This document shows, piece after piece, positions 1-9,984 of a stretch of DNA of 64,000 nucleotides. Position numbers and translations under genes: made by a program. Source of the stretch: an uncultured Actinomycetes bacterium. GTDB taxonomy: Bacteria > Actinomycetota > Actinomycetes > Streptosporangiales > Streptosporangiaceae. Under the pieces are notes generated by a model. That model was not told where the DNA came from. It saw nothing but the letters and a program-made list of their open reading frames with translations, and made no database searches. Numbering within the stretch: position 1 is the first letter of the stretch; each line of letters opens with the position of its first letter. Location: contig CAVXMG010000029.1 in NCBI GenBank assembly GCA_963762735.1, forward strand, positions 162,351-226,350, given 5' to 3'.

Positions 1-863
1 GCGTGATCATCGCCCAAATTGTCCGCAACGACCTGGTGCGGATCCCGCAGGGGTACCGGCTCCAGCAGATACTCGGGCTGGTGCACGTCAATCAGTTGGC
101 CACGCCGCCGCTGGTGATCATCGGCATCGTTGTCGTGCTTATCGTCGCCGCGGTCTCTGTGCTCGGGTCCCGGCTGGCACACAGCCGCCCGCCCGCGCTC
201 GACTGGTTCGTCACCGGGACGTGCGCCCTGCTGGTGGCCGCGTTCCTATGGCCTGCCGACTTCTACTACCATTACGCCGGCTTCATAGCGCCGTTCGTCG
301 GACTGGTGATCGCGCTGCCGGTGTCCCGGCTGCTCTCGGCGCTGCCGTCAGATCAGACCCGGCGCCGGCTCAGGCTGATGCGGCCGTGGGCCACCGCGAT
401 CGCCGCCGTCGCCCTCGTGGTCCTGACCGTGTTCCAGGTCATCGCCGAGGCACACGAGGCCTCGGGGGTGCCCGCCGGCGAGATCGCACAGGCCAAGCGC
501 ATCATTCCGGCGGGCGCCTGTGTCGCTACCGACCAGGCCTCCTACACGATCGCCATCAACCGTTTCGTGTCCAGCGTGCCGGGCTGCTCGCTCATGATCG
601 ACGGTGTGGGCACCGACTATGCGCTGTCCAACGGCCGGAACGGGGAAACCGGCGCCGGGAGCTCGCCGGCCGTGGAGGCGGCCTGGATGGCGGAGTTCCG
701 GCACGCCTCGTACGCGTGGCTCACCACCCAGGAGTACCGCAGGATCCCGTGGACCCCGCAGTTGACGGCCTACTTCCAGAGCCACTTCGTGCCGCTGACC
801 GAGGGGCCTGACTGGCTGTACGTACGGACGGCGCACCCCATCACCGGACAACCCGCCGGGTAA
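1..863 (+). CDS. integral membrane protein, C-terminal part (5' end cut by window edge); possibly a large membrane glycosyltransferase
   Basis: Open frame from the window edge to TAA at 861-863. Several hydrophobic helices followed by a soluble C-terminal domain. Function not recognised with certainty. Confidence 0.55.
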   Translation, partial: VIIAQIVRNDLVRIPQGYRLQQILGLVHVNQLATPPLVIIGIVVVLIVAAVSVLGSRLAHSRPPALDWFVTGTCALLVAAFLWPADFYYHYAGFIAPFVGLVIALPVSRLLSALPSDQTRRRLRLMRPWATAIAAVALVVLTVFQVIAEAHEASGVPAGEIAQAKRIIPAGACVATDQASYTIAINRFVSSVPGCSLMIDGVGTDYALSNGRNGETGAGSSPAVEAAWMAEFRHASYAWLTTQEYRRIPWTPQLTAYFQSHFVPLTEGPDWLYVRTAHPITGQPAG

Positions 864-882
864 GGCCCGCCCGCTGGCGCGT

Positions 883-2235
883 TCAGCCCAGAGCGAACGA
901 GCGCAGTACCAGGCCGGTACGCGGCTTGGGCGCGAATGAGGTGGATTTGCGCGGCACCCGCTCGCCGTGCGCCGCCACGTCCCGCACCACGTCGGCCGAT
1001 AGCGGCGGGCAGATGACCGCCGTCCGGTCGGTGGACTGGGCGGCCGAGTCCAGGGCCTCGCCGGAGTCGTGGTGGATTTCCACATGCTGGTCGTCGTCCC
1101 TGACGTGCCACAGCCGGCCGAGCAGCAATTCCTGCATGACAGCGGCGGAAAGTGCGCGCCACCGGTCGCTCCGGTCGGGCATCGCGTCCTTCACCGCATC
1201 AGGGTCGGGATCGGTCAGCAGATAGAACTCCTGCCTGCCCGCGACCAGGAATGCCGTGTGCCGTTCGCTGGCCTCGTGCAGGGCAGCCAGCGCCTCCTGC
1301 CGGGTCACCCCGGGCAGCGCCCGCACCGTGAACGCCGGTTCCGCAAGCCGCGCGGCCGTCGCCGGGCACAGCCCGGGAACCACCCGGTGGATCGCGCCTA
1401 TCCGTGGCGGGAAGGCGGTCGAGTCCACCAGGAGCGCCAGCCCCGCATCCCAGGGCCCTGGCCCCGCACCCGCCGTCCGCTTGCGCGCCTGAAGCTGGAG
1501 GTAGGCGGCGTAGCGGTGGTGCCCGTCCGCGATGAGAGCCTGGTGAGAGGCCAGGTCCCCGGCAATCGCCGCCAGCTCGGCGGGATCGGTCACGCCCCAC
1601 AGCCGGTGCCAGATCCCGTCCTCGGTGTGGATGGTGACCAGCGGTTCGCCGCGCCGCGCCTGCTCGGTGATCTGCACGGTGGCGGTGGCTGGCCCGTTCC
1701 CGTCGTAGAGCAGAAAGATCGGCTCCAGGTTGGCCCCGGTTGCCTCCATGAGCTGGCGCCGTCCGGCGACCGGCCCCGGAATCACGTCCTCGTGCGGGAG
1801 CACCGGCCCGGCACCCAGCGGTGCCAGCCGCAGCGCCCCGATCAGCCCGCGCTGGAGTACCTGGCCGCCCGTGCGGGTCTGCTCGTAGACATACAGCGCT
1901 GGCACGGGGTCGGGCACCAGGATGCCTTCGTCCTGCCAGTCCCGCAGCATCCGGGCCGCGTCGGCGTAGGCGGGCTCGGCGCGGGCCCCGTTGGCGGCCT
2001 CCCGGGGATTACCCGCACCCTGGCGGGGGAGGATCAAACGGACAATGTTGTGCGGATCGGAGGCCAGCAAATGGTCTTCGGCTTCGTGGGCAATCACGTC
2101 ATACGGTGGAGAGGTGACCTCCGCGAGACCGCTCACCCGGTCCTGCGCATAACGCAGCCCGCGGAATGGTGCCAGCACGAGGCCGGCAGCGGGAGGCGCG
2201 CCGGACGGAAGGATCTGCACATATGTCAGAAGCAC
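883..2235 (-). CDS. DUF1015 family protein
   Basis: N-terminus LAPFRGLRY...SPPYDVI is typical of DUF1015. I chose GTG at 2235 (VLLTYVQ...) rather than the 507-aa track ORF, whose first 57 codons look like run-on. Confidence 0.8.
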   Translation of the reverse strand: MLLTYVQILPSGAPPAAGLVLAPFRGLRYAQDRVSGLAEVTSPPYDVIAHEAEDHLLASDPHNIVRLILPRQGAGNPREAANGARAEPAYADAARMLRDWQDEGILVPDPVPALYVYEQTRTGGQVLQRGLIGALRLAPLGAGPVLPHEDVIPGPVAGRRQLMEATGANLEPIFLLYDGNGPATATVQITEQARRGEPLVTIHTEDGIWHRLWGVTDPAELAAIAGDLASHQALIADGHHRYAAYLQLQARKRTAGAGPGPWDAGLALLVDSTAFPPRIGAIHRVVPGLCPATAARLAEPAFTVRALPGVTRQEALAALHEASERHTAFLVAGRQEFYLLTDPDPDAVKDAMPDRSDRWRALSAAVMQELLLGRLWHVRDDDQHVEIHHDSGEALDSAAQSTDRTAVICPPLSADVVRDVAAHGERVPRKSTSFAPKPRTGLVLRSFALG

Positions 2236-3002
2236 CGCACGGCGGCCACGATTCCCGACCCGGCGAAAATCCCCAGGCCAGCGTCGGCCAGCGGGCCCAG
2301 GGAACGGCGGACGCCCGGGGGGATGCAAGCAGTACGGCCCCGGCCTGGGGGCATGAACGTGACAACGAGGCCCACCTAGGGGCACCAAACTCACATTCAC
2401 GGCCACCGGACGGCGCCGTGAGGGTGGGCGCGGGCGCCAAGGGCAGGGAAGCGGAACGGGGCGAGGGGCCCGCGCGAGCCAACGGCGGTCAGCAGGGTCC
2501 GAGGAGCGACAGTCAGACTCCAGGGGGAGACAGTCAGAATCCAGGGGGAGACAGTCAGGGTCCGAGGGGCGGCAGTCAGGGTCCAGGGGACGACAGTTAC
2601 GCGTGGTACCGTCGGGGGCTCGACCTGCTCAGCCGGGGAAGCCCCGCCGCGGCCGCCGAACTACTGGAACGTGCCGCGGCGGCGGAGCCAGGCGCCCGCA
2701 GCATCCGTGAGGCCCTGGCCAGGGCGCAGTTCGATGCTGGCAGGTACGCGCAGGCGGCGGACAACTTCCGGCGGAACGTGGAGGCAATCCCGAGTGACGA
2801 CTACGCTCACTTCGGCCTCGGCCTTGCCCTCGCCCGCGGCGGGGATCCGGCCGCCGCCGCGGAACACCTCGCCCTTGCCGCCGCCATGCGGCCGGACCTG
2901 GCCCACTACACCGAGGCGCTGCGCGGCGTCCGGGCGACGCTGGCGGCCAGGACGCAGGCCGGATCCGGGGCGCCGCCCCCGGACGGCGACGAGCCTCGCT
3001 GA
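2223..3002 (+). CDS. tetratricopeptide-repeat protein with a Gly/Ser/Gln-rich repetitive N-terminal half
   Basis: C-terminal TPR-like helices (AAAELLERAAAAEP...YAQAADNFRRNVE...FGLGLALARGGDPAAAAEHL). Start is uncertain: ATG 2223 overlaps the divergent DUF1015 start, and a later GTG is possible. Confidence 0.6.
   Translation: MSEAPHGGHDSRPGENPQASVGQRAQGTADARGDASSTAPAWGHERDNEAHLGAPNSHSRPPDGAVRVGAGAKGREAERGEGPARANGGQQGPRSDSQTPGGDSQNPGGDSQGPRGGSQGPGDDSYAWYRRGLDLLSRGSPAAAAELLERAAAAEPGARSIREALARAQFDAGRYAQAADNFRRNVEAIPSDDYAHFGLGLALARGGDPAAAAEHLALAAAMRPDLAHYTEALRGVRATLAARTQAGSGAPPPDGDEPR
2490..2594 (+). repeat. five tandem 21-bp units (AGTCAGnnTCCrrGGGGrGrC) encoding heptapeptide repeats
   Basis: Read directly, e.g. 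agtcagactccagggggagac / agtcagaatccagggggagac / agtcagggtccgaggggcggc / agtcagggtccaggggacgac. In frame within the TPR gene. Confidence 0.85.
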
Positions 3003-3096
3003 CCAGGCCCGCCATGACGGCTGACCCGTCGCCGCGCGGTGCCGCGCCGCGGCCGACGGCCCGTTGGCAGGCAGGGACACCCCGCCACGCAACGCC

Positions 3097-4114
3097 ATGC
3101 CGCTGCGGGGCACCACCGAGTCGCTCGCCGCACTGTATGACGTGGCCCTGCTCGACCTCGACGGCGTCGTCTACCTCGGCGGTTCCCCCATTCCTGGCGC
3201 GGCCGACGCGCTGGCCAAGGCGGCCGCCTCCGGCATGCGGCTCGCGTTCGTGACCAACAACGCCTCCCGTACCCCCTCGGCGATCGCGGCCCAGCTCACC
3301 GGCCTTGGCGTGCCGGCCAGGGCGGACGAAGTCATCACCTCGGCCCAGGCCGCCGCGCGGCTCGCGGCCGAGCACCTGCCCGCAGGCGCGACCGTGCTCG
3401 TGGTCGGCGGCATGGGCCTGCGCATCGCCGTGCGGGAGAGGGGGTTCCGCCCGGTGACCACCGCGGCCGACCAGCCTGCCGCCGTGCTCCAGGGGTACGC
3501 GCCCGACCTGAGCTACTCGCTGCTGGCCGAAGGCAGCCTTGCCGTTGCCGCCGGCGCACTGTTCATCGCCTCGAACGCCGATTCCACGCTGCCCACGCCG
3601 CGGGGCCGGGCAACCCGGCAACGGGTCCCTCATCCAGGTGATCGCCACCGCCACCGGCCGGGCGCCGCTGATCGCCGGGAAGCCGGAACCCCCGCTGCAC
3701 GCTGAGGCCGTGGCCCGCAGCGGAGCACGGCACCCGCTGGTGGTCGGGGACCGGCTCGACACCGACATCGAGAGCGCCGTCCGGTCCGGCGCCGACAGCC
3801 TGCTTGTGCTGACCGGAGTGACCCAGCCGCTGGACGCCGTGCTGGCCACGGCGCGGCACCGGCCCACATTCCTGGCCGAGGGCCTGGCCGGGCTGCTCGG
3901 CCCGCATCCCGAGGTGAACGTCACCGGCGGCACCTTCTCCTGCGGCGGCTGGCACGTCACCACCGGCGGCGGCCAGGTCACGGTGACCGGCTCCGGTACC
4001 GCCGTCGACGGTCTGCGCGCACTGTGCGCCGCCGCCTGGTCCACGGGCGAGGTGGACGAACCCGCTGCGGTGACCGCCCTGGCTGAGCTGGGCCTGCCCC
4101 ACCCGCAGGGTTGA
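3097..4114 (+). pseudogene. HAD-superfamily (subfamily IIA, Rv1692-like) phosphatase; reading frame interrupted near 3604-3612
   Basis: N-terminal half (LLDLDGVVYLG...FVTNNASR...NADSTLPTPRG) lies in the frame of ORF 3064..3705. The expected continuation (PGNGSL...ATG..PLIAGKPEP...VVGDRLDTDI) lies in the +1 frame of ORF 3539..4114. Confidence 0.8.
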
Positions 4115-4273
4115 TCCGGGGCCGCCGGGTCGGCCCAAGGTCGACATGCGGCCTACGACCCAGGGTGGAGGAGAATCAGCGCCTCGGGCGACGCGCCAGC
4201 CCCGGCTGCCACGAAAGACTGGCCTGACACGGCGGACGGGCATCGTGCCCGCGCCCCGAGGAGGGAACCAGCG

Positions 4274-5242
4274 ATGATCGAGGCACGGGGCCTCACCAAA
4301 CGGTTTGGCGACAAGCTGGCCGTGGACCAACTGACCTTCACCGTCGAACCCGGGAGGATCACCGGATTCCTCGGCCCGAACGGGGCCGGCAAGACGACAA
4401 CTATGCGGCTGATCCTCGGCCTGGACCAGCCCACCGGGGGCTCGGTCACGGTCCACGGCAAGGAGTTCGGCCGCCTCGCCTATCCGATGCACGAGCTCGG
4501 CGCGCTGCTTGATGCCAAGGCCGTGCACGGGGGGCGTAGCGCATATAACCACCTGCTGTGCCTGGCGCAGGCCAACGGCATTCCCCGCGCGCGCGTCGGC
4601 GAGGTGCTGGAACTCGTGGGGCTGACCGAGGTGGCCGGCAAGCGCTCCAAGGGGTTCTCGCTTGGCATGGGCCAGCGGCTCGGCATCGCCGCGGCGCTGC
4701 TCGGCGACCCGGCCATCCTCATGTTCGACGAGCCGGTGAACGGCCTGGACCCCGAGGGGATCCTGTGGATCCGCAACCTCATGAAGGCGCTCGCCGCCGA
4801 GGGGCGCACCATCTTCGTGTCCAGCCACCTGATGTCGGAGATGGAGAACACGGCCGACCACCTGCTGGTCATCGGCCGGGGCCGGCTGATCGCCGACTGC
4901 AGCGTGGCCGAGTTCATCGAACGCAACTCGGTCCAGTCGGTCCGGATCCGGACGCCCAAGCACGAACTGCTGGCCAGCCTCATCGCCGCGGCCGGCGGGA
5001 GCACCGTGACCGGTGCCGGCGATGTGCTCGTGGCGCAGGGGCTGCCGGTGGACCGGATCGGGGACCTGGCGTTCGAGAACGCGATCCGGCTGCACGAACT
5101 GGCACCCGCCCAGGCCTCGCTGGAGGAGGCGTTCATGGAGCTGACCGCGGACAGCGTGGAGTTCCAGGCCCACACGCCCGGCCAGCAGGACGCGGGCCGG
5201 GCCAGCCGCACCGACCACATGCACCCGACGGGAGTGGCCTGA
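4274..5242 (+). CDS. ABC transporter ATP-binding protein (ABC-2 type exporter)
   Basis: Walker A GPNGAGKTT, signature SLGMGQR, Walker B ILMFDEP. GGAGGG RBS lies upstream. Confidence 0.9.
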   Translation: MIEARGLTKRFGDKLAVDQLTFTVEPGRITGFLGPNGAGKTTTMRLILGLDQPTGGSVTVHGKEFGRLAYPMHELGALLDAKAVHGGRSAYNHLLCLAQANGIPRARVGEVLELVGLTEVAGKRSKGFSLGMGQRLGIAAALLGDPAILMFDEPVNGLDPEGILWIRNLMKALAAEGRTIFVSSHLMSEMENTADHLLVIGRGRLIADCSVAEFIERNSVQSVRIRTPKHELLASLIAAAGGSTVTGAGDVLVAQGLPVDRIGDLAFENAIRLHELAPAQASLEEAFMELTADSVEFQAHTPGQQDAGRASRTDHMHPTGVA

Positions 5243-5243
5243 G

Positions 5244-6077
5244 ATGACGACGATCCAGATAGCCCCGGCGGCCCGCCAGCGCCTGCTGCCCCCGGAGACC
5301 GGACGGGCCGGTTTCGCGGACGCGCTGCGCTCTGAATTCACCAAGATCCGGTCCACCCGCTCCACGTACTGGACCCTGTTCGCCCTGATCGTGGTGTGCA
5401 TCGGCATCGGTGCCCTGGCCAGCGCGGGGACGGCGTCGCATCCCAACGGGGTCAGCACGGCCAACTTCGACGCCACCCAGCAGAGCCTGGCCGGCCTGTA
5501 CGTGGGCCAGCTCGTCATCGCGGCGCTCGGCGCGCTGACCATCACCTCCGAGTACGCGACCGGAATGATCCGCACCTCGCTGGCGGTCCAGCCACGGCGT
5601 GGCGTCGTGTTCGCCGCCAAGGGCGTGGTGTTCGCGGTAGTCACGCTGATCACCGGGCTGATCGCGTCGTTCGGGTCCTTCTTCGTCGGCCAGGCGATCC
5701 TGTCTCCCCACCACCTGTCGGCCACGCTCGGCCAGCCGAACGTGCTCCGCGCGGTGATCGGCGGTGCCCTGTTCCTGACCGCGTGCGGCATGCTCGCCTA
5801 TGGTCTTGGCGCCATCCTGCGGCACACCGCGGCCGCCATCAGCGCCGCCATCGGGCTGCTGTTCGTGCTGACCGTCCTGGTCCAGTTCCTGCCCAGCTCC
5901 TGGCAGAACAGCCTGGACAAGTGGATGCCTGCGCTGGCGGGCAGCCAGGTCTGGGCGACCAAGGTGACCGAAGGGGCGCACCAGTTCCCGGCCTGGGGCG
6001 GGTTCGCGGTGCTGGCCGGCTGGGCGGCGGTCGCGATAGCCGTGGGGCTTGTCCTGTTCCGCACCCGCGACGCCTGA
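5244..6077 (+). CDS. ABC-2 family transporter permease
   Basis: Starts 1 nt after the ATPase stop. Six predicted hydrophobic helices, typical ABC-2 permease size. Confidence 0.85.
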   Translation: MTTIQIAPAARQRLLPPETGRAGFADALRSEFTKIRSTRSTYWTLFALIVVCIGIGALASAGTASHPNGVSTANFDATQQSLAGLYVGQLVIAALGALTITSEYATGMIRTSLAVQPRRGVVFAAKGVVFAVVTLITGLIASFGSFFVGQAILSPHHLSATLGQPNVLRAVIGGALFLTACGMLAYGLGAILRHTAAAISAAIGLLFVLTVLVQFLPSSWQNSLDKWMPALAGSQVWATKVTEGAHQFPAWGGFAVLAGWAAVAIAVGLVLFRTRDA

Positions 6078-6091
6078 TCAGGGACGCCAGG

Positions 6092-6128
6092 AGCCCCGGT
6101 GCCAGGTGGTGTTCAGGGCACCGGGGCT
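6092..6128. terminator. bidirectional stem-loop between convergent genes
   Basis: AGCCCCGGTGCC (6092-6103), 13-nt loop, GGCACCGGGGCT (6117-6128), followed by TTCT. Confidence 0.7.
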
Positions 6129-6179
6129 TTCTGGCGCGCTGGGGACCCGGGCACCGGGGACCGGCGTAACGCAGCGAAA

Positions 6180-6956
6180 TCAGGACTGGCAGCTTGGGCA
6201 CCAGTAGGTGACCCGGCCCTCGGGGTCGCGGCCCTGATCCGCGGAACGGACCGGTGTGCCGCAGCGGCGGCACGGGCGCCCGGCCCGGCCGTAGACCCAG
6301 GTCTCCTCGCCGCGCCGCTGCGAGCCCGTGGTGACCTGGCCGAACCGTTCCTTGTTGCCGTCAAGCAGGCGCTGGGCAAGGCCCAAGAGCGCGGCGAGGT
6401 CGGCGATCTCGCCGACCGGGCGCCACGGATCCACCCCGCGCAGGAACAGCGTCTCCGCCTTGTAGATGTTGCCGATACCGGCCAGGTTGCGCTGGTCGAG
6501 CAGGGCCTCGCCGACCGGCCGGGCCGGGTCCGAGCGGAGCCGGCGCTCCGCCTCCGCCGGGTCCCAGTCCGGGCCGAGCAGGTCGGGGCCGAGGTGGCCG
6601 ACCGCGTGCTGCTCGGCGGCGGTGGGCAGGATCTCCACGACGCCCAGCAGGTACCCGACGGCCTGCCAGGTGTCGTTGGCGAGGATCAGCCTGATCCGGT
6701 GGCCGCCGCTGGCCCGCTCGGCGGCGGGCCGGACCCGCCAGGAGCCGTCCATGCGCAGGTGGGTGTGCACCGTGATGCCTGCGTCTGTCCTGGTCAGCAG
6801 GTGCTTTCCGCGGGAGGCGGTCTCGGTCACCGTCTGGCCGGACAGGTCGGCAGTGGCGAACCGGGGCACCCGGAAGTCGGACCGGGTCAGCACCCGTCCG
6901 GCCAGTGCCGCATGCAGCCGACGCGCGGTGAGCCACACCGCGTCTCCCTCAGGCAC
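6180..6956 (-). CDS. nei: endonuclease VIII / Fpg-Nei family DNA glycosylase
   Basis: GTG at 6956 gives the V-PEGDAVW N-terminus (catalytic Pro2 after Met removal). C-terminal zinc finger CRRCGTPV...YWCPSCQ. Confidence 0.85.
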   Translation of the reverse strand: MPEGDAVWLTARRLHAALAGRVLTRSDFRVPRFATADLSGQTVTETASRGKHLLTRTDAGITVHTHLRMDGSWRVRPAAERASGGHRIRLILANDTWQAVGYLLGVVEILPTAAEQHAVGHLGPDLLGPDWDPAEAERRLRSDPARPVGEALLDQRNLAGIGNIYKAETLFLRGVDPWRPVGEIADLAALLGLAQRLLDGNKERFGQVTTGSQRRGEETWVYGRAGRPCRRCGTPVRSADQGRDPEGRVTYWCPSCQS

Positions 6957-7194
6957 GCCCGTCAGCTTACGGCCGCCTTCGTGAGCCATCGGCCACCCAC
7001 GTCCCGGCTCTCCGAGGCCCAACTGCGGGGGCCCAGCCTTCGGCTCTGGAGGGCATGAATGTCAGGTTGATGCCCTTAGAGAGAAGCCTCATTGTCACGT
7101 TCATGCCCCACTCGGAGAGGCGGGGCCGCCCGCTGCCTCAGGTGCGGACCTTGCCGGCCCGGTGACCGGCGGCTGGTACCGCTGGGCTACCGGA

Positions 7195-7539
7195 TCAGAG
7201 GACCTTGCGGAGCCGGAGGATGTCCCAGATGCTGGCCTCCACCTTGAGGCGGCCGGTCAGCCAGGCACGCGCGATGCTTGTGGGGTCTGCGGCAATCGCG
7301 ATCAGGTCGTCGCTCTTGGCGGTGAACCGGACCTGGGCTGGTGGCTCGGACCCGTTCGCCTCCATGACCGGTGTCGCTCCGTCGGGACCAATCCTGGTCA
7401 CGAAGGTCACGCCGAGGTCGGAGACCTTGCAGCTGATCAAGCGGTCCACCAGGTGGGCCTGGCGGTCCGCCTCGTCCATCTCGGCGATCCGGCCGGTCAG
7501 ATCTGCCAGCGCTTGACGGCATTCCTCGGCGGTAGCCAT
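7195..7539 (-). CDS. SCP2 sterol-binding domain protein
   Basis: SCP2-like C-terminus (ARAWLTGRLKVEASIWDILRLRKVL). ATG 7539 is preceded by a GAGG RBS. Confidence 0.75.
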   Translation of the reverse strand: MATAEECRQALADLTGRIAEMDEADRQAHLVDRLISCKVSDLGVTFVTRIGPDGATPVMEANGSEPPAQVRFTAKSDDLIAIAADPTSIARAWLTGRLKVEASIWDILRLRKVL

Positions 7540-7749
7540 GAAACACCTCATTTCCCCCTGCCGCCTCTATAGGCAAGGTGGCCCCAATCTTAAGTACGCC
7601 GCGGCGGTCGGCTGGGCAGGGGCGCGCCTCTGTGCGCAGACTCGCCGATTTCCCGCGTGCGTGGAGGGCCCGGCTCGTCCCCGTTGGACGGTAGCGTTTC
7701 TCCTGGGGCGGCACCTGTGCCGGGGAGGGTCGAAGGGAAAGAGAGGACA

Positions 7750-8193
7750 ATGGGACTTCCGCCGGGGGAATTTACACCGGGCTCAGTGAGCCCGGTGCCG
7801 GCCGCGGAGGGACTGGCTGGCTCGGACGGGCCGGTCAGCATCTATGGGATCGCTGGCAGGGACATGCCGGCCGCCGTAAACGGTTCGGCTGGCATGCCGG
7901 AGCAGGGCGGCACGTACGGGTCGGGCAGCGCTGCGGTTGCGAGCGGTGCCGAGGGCGCGAGCAGGTCGGCTGCCCTGTGGCGGCCGGTGGTGCCGCGCGC
8001 GGCGCCGTCCACGGGCGATCCGCGGGTGGACGATGCCGTTGCACGGCTCGACGACCTGGCGGAACTGCCGATCGCCGAGCATCTGGCGGTGTTCGAGTAT
8101 GTGCACGAGCGGCTGACGGAGGCGCTTGGTGACCTGGACGTGCACGCCGCGGCGCGCGCAGGTGACCATTCACCAGACGCGCCCGGCGGCTGA
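7750..8193 (+). CDS. conserved hypothetical protein preceding tlyA
   Basis: ATG 7750 after a GAAAGAGAGGA RBS. Conserved-looking C-terminus DDAVARLDDLAELPIAEHLAVFEYVHERL. The N-terminal half is low complexity. Confidence 0.6.
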   Translation: MGLPPGEFTPGSVSPVPAAEGLAGSDGPVSIYGIAGRDMPAAVNGSAGMPEQGGTYGSGSAAVASGAEGASRSAALWRPVVPRAAPSTGDPRVDDAVARLDDLAELPIAEHLAVFEYVHERLTEALGDLDVHAAARAGDHSPDAPGG

Positions 8194-8212
8194 AGGGCAC
8201 CGTGGTCACTGG

Positions 8213-9010
8213 ATGGGCACCCGCAGAAGGCTGGACGCTGAGCTGGTGAGAAGAGGGCTCGCTCGGTCCCGCGAGCACGCCGCCAGCCTGGTGACGGCCC
8301 GGCGCGTGCTGGTTGGCGGACAAGCCGCAGCCAAGCCCGCTACCCAGGTGGGCACCGGCGACCCGATCATGATCACCGAGGTGGCCGGGCCGGACTACGC
8401 GTCCCGGGGCGGGCACAAGCTGGCGGGCGCGCTTGCCGCCTTCGGCGAACTTCGGGTGGCTGGCCGCCGGTGCCTGGATGCGGGTGCCTCCACCGGGGGC
8501 TTCACCGACGTCCTGCTGCGTGCGGGCGCGAGCCACGTCGTCGCGGTAGATGTGGGATACGGCCAGCTGGCATGGGGGTTGCGGACCGACGAGCGGGTCA
8601 CCGTGCTGGACCGGGTCAACGTCCGCCAGTTGCGGCCGGAGCAGGTCGCGCCCGCGCCGGACCTGGTCACGGCCGACCTCTCGTTCATCTCGCTCGAGCT
8701 GGTGCTGCCCGCGCTGGTCGCCTGCGCGCGCCCCGATGCCGACTTCCTGCTGCTCGTCAAGCCGCAGTTCGAGGTGGGCAAGGACCGGGTTGGCGCGGGC
8801 GGCGTGGTGCGGGATCCGGAACTGCGCCGCGACGCCGTCGCCGGGGTGGCCGAGGCCGCCCGCGCCCACGGGCTCGGCGTGGCGGGCGTGACGGCGAGCC
8901 CGCTGCCTGGCCCCTCCGGCAACGTGGAGTACTTCCTCTGGCTGCGCCGGGGCGCGCCGCCGCTGCGTGACGACGCACTCCGGCAGGCCATCGAGGAAGG
9001 ACCGCAGTGA
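8213..9010 (+). CDS. tlyA: TlyA family rRNA (cytidine-2'-O)-methyltransferase
   Basis: S4-like N-terminus MGTRRRLDAELVRRGLARSREHA, then FtsJ-type MTase motif LDAGASTGGFTD. Confidence 0.9.
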   Translation: MGTRRRLDAELVRRGLARSREHAASLVTARRVLVGGQAAAKPATQVGTGDPIMITEVAGPDYASRGGHKLAGALAAFGELRVAGRRCLDAGASTGGFTDVLLRAGASHVVAVDVGYGQLAWGLRTDERVTVLDRVNVRQLRPEQVAPAPDLVTADLSFISLELVLPALVACARPDADFLLLVKPQFEVGKDRVGAGGVVRDPELRRDAVAGVAEAARAHGLGVAGVTASPLPGPSGNVEYFLWLRRGAPPLRDDALRQAIEEGPQ

Positions 9011-9984
9011 AGCGCACCGTCCTCGTCGTGGCTCACACCGGGCGTCCCGCGGCGGTGCGCAACGCCCGTCTGGTGGTGGACCGGCTCACCGCCGCCGGGA
9101 TCAACGTGCGCGTCCTGGCGTCCGAGGCCGCCGACCTCCAGTGCGCAGGCGCTGACGTGGTGCCCACCGCGCCCACCGCGGCGGCCGACGCCGAGATGGT
9201 GATCGTTCTCGGCGGGGACGGCACACTGCTGCGCGCCGCCGAGATCGCCAGGCCGGCCGGAGCCCCGATGCTCGGCGTCAACCTCGGTCACGTGGGCTTT
9301 CTCGCGGAAACCGAGCCGGACGACCTGGCCGGCGCCATCGACCAGGTGGCCGAGCACAGCTACACAGTGGAAGAGCGGATGACCATCGAGGTGACGGTGC
9401 GGCACAACGGCACCGCCACCAGCACCTGGGCGCTGAACGAGGCGAGCGTGGAGAAGGTGGCACGGGAGCGGATGATCGAGGTGGTCACCGAGATCGACGG
9501 GCGCCCGCTGTCCCGCTGGGGCTGTGACGGCGTAGTCTGCGCCACGCCCACCGGATCCACCGCATACGCATACTCGGCAGGCGGACCGATCGTGTGGCCT
9601 GAGGTGGAGGCGTTGCTGATGGTTCCCATCAGCGCGCACGCGCTGTTCGCCGGGCCGATGGTCCTCTCGCCGCGGTCGATGCTCGCCATAGAATTCCTCG
9701 GTTCTTCGGCGGGTCCGAACCAGGCAGTCAAGGGTGTTTTGTGGTGCGATGGCCGGAGGAGCATCGATCTCGCGCCCGGGGCGCGGGTTGAGGTGCGCCG
9801 CGGAGTCAAGCCGGTGCTGCTGGCGCGGCTTCCCGGCGGAGTGGACGGCCGTGACCTGGCGGCCCCGTTCACGTTCACCGACCGGCTGGTGGCCAAGTTC
9901 GGCCTCCCAGTGACCGGCTGGCGCGGACAGCGCGACTGGGGCCCGGGGCGAGACGGGAAGGAGGATCCGCCAGCTGATGCTTGA
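9007..9984 (+). CDS. nadK: NAD kinase
   Basis: GTGA start/stop overlap with tlyA. GGDGTLL motif and NEASVEK / GDGVVCATPTGSTAY motifs. Confidence 0.9.
   Translation: MKRTVLVVAHTGRPAAVRNARLVVDRLTAAGINVRVLASEAADLQCAGADVVPTAPTAAADAEMVIVLGGDGTLLRAAEIARPAGAPMLGVNLGHVGFLAETEPDDLAGAIDQVAEHSYTVEERMTIEVTVRHNGTATSTWALNEASVEKVARERMIEVVTEIDGRPLSRWGCDGVVCATPTGSTAYAYSAGGPIVWPEVEALLMVPISAHALFAGPMVLSPRSMLAIEFLGSSAGPNQAVKGVLWCDGRRSIDLAPGARVEVRRGVKPVLLARLPGGVDGRDLAAPFTFTDRLVAKFGLPVTGWRGQRDWGPGRDGKEDPPADA

Noticed and set aside
3563-5791. Very long ORFs antisense to, or out of frame with, recognisable genes. Examples: 2629..4044(-), 3563..5791(-), 8395..10458(-), 17382..19163(-), 21757..23349(-), 26154..27356(-), 61897..63573(-).
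   Set aside because: Their translations are Arg/Pro/Gly/Ala-rich low-complexity sequence with no motifs. They overlap genes with clear family signatures on the other strand or frame. This is the usual stop-codon-poor shadow effect of ~70% G+C DNA.
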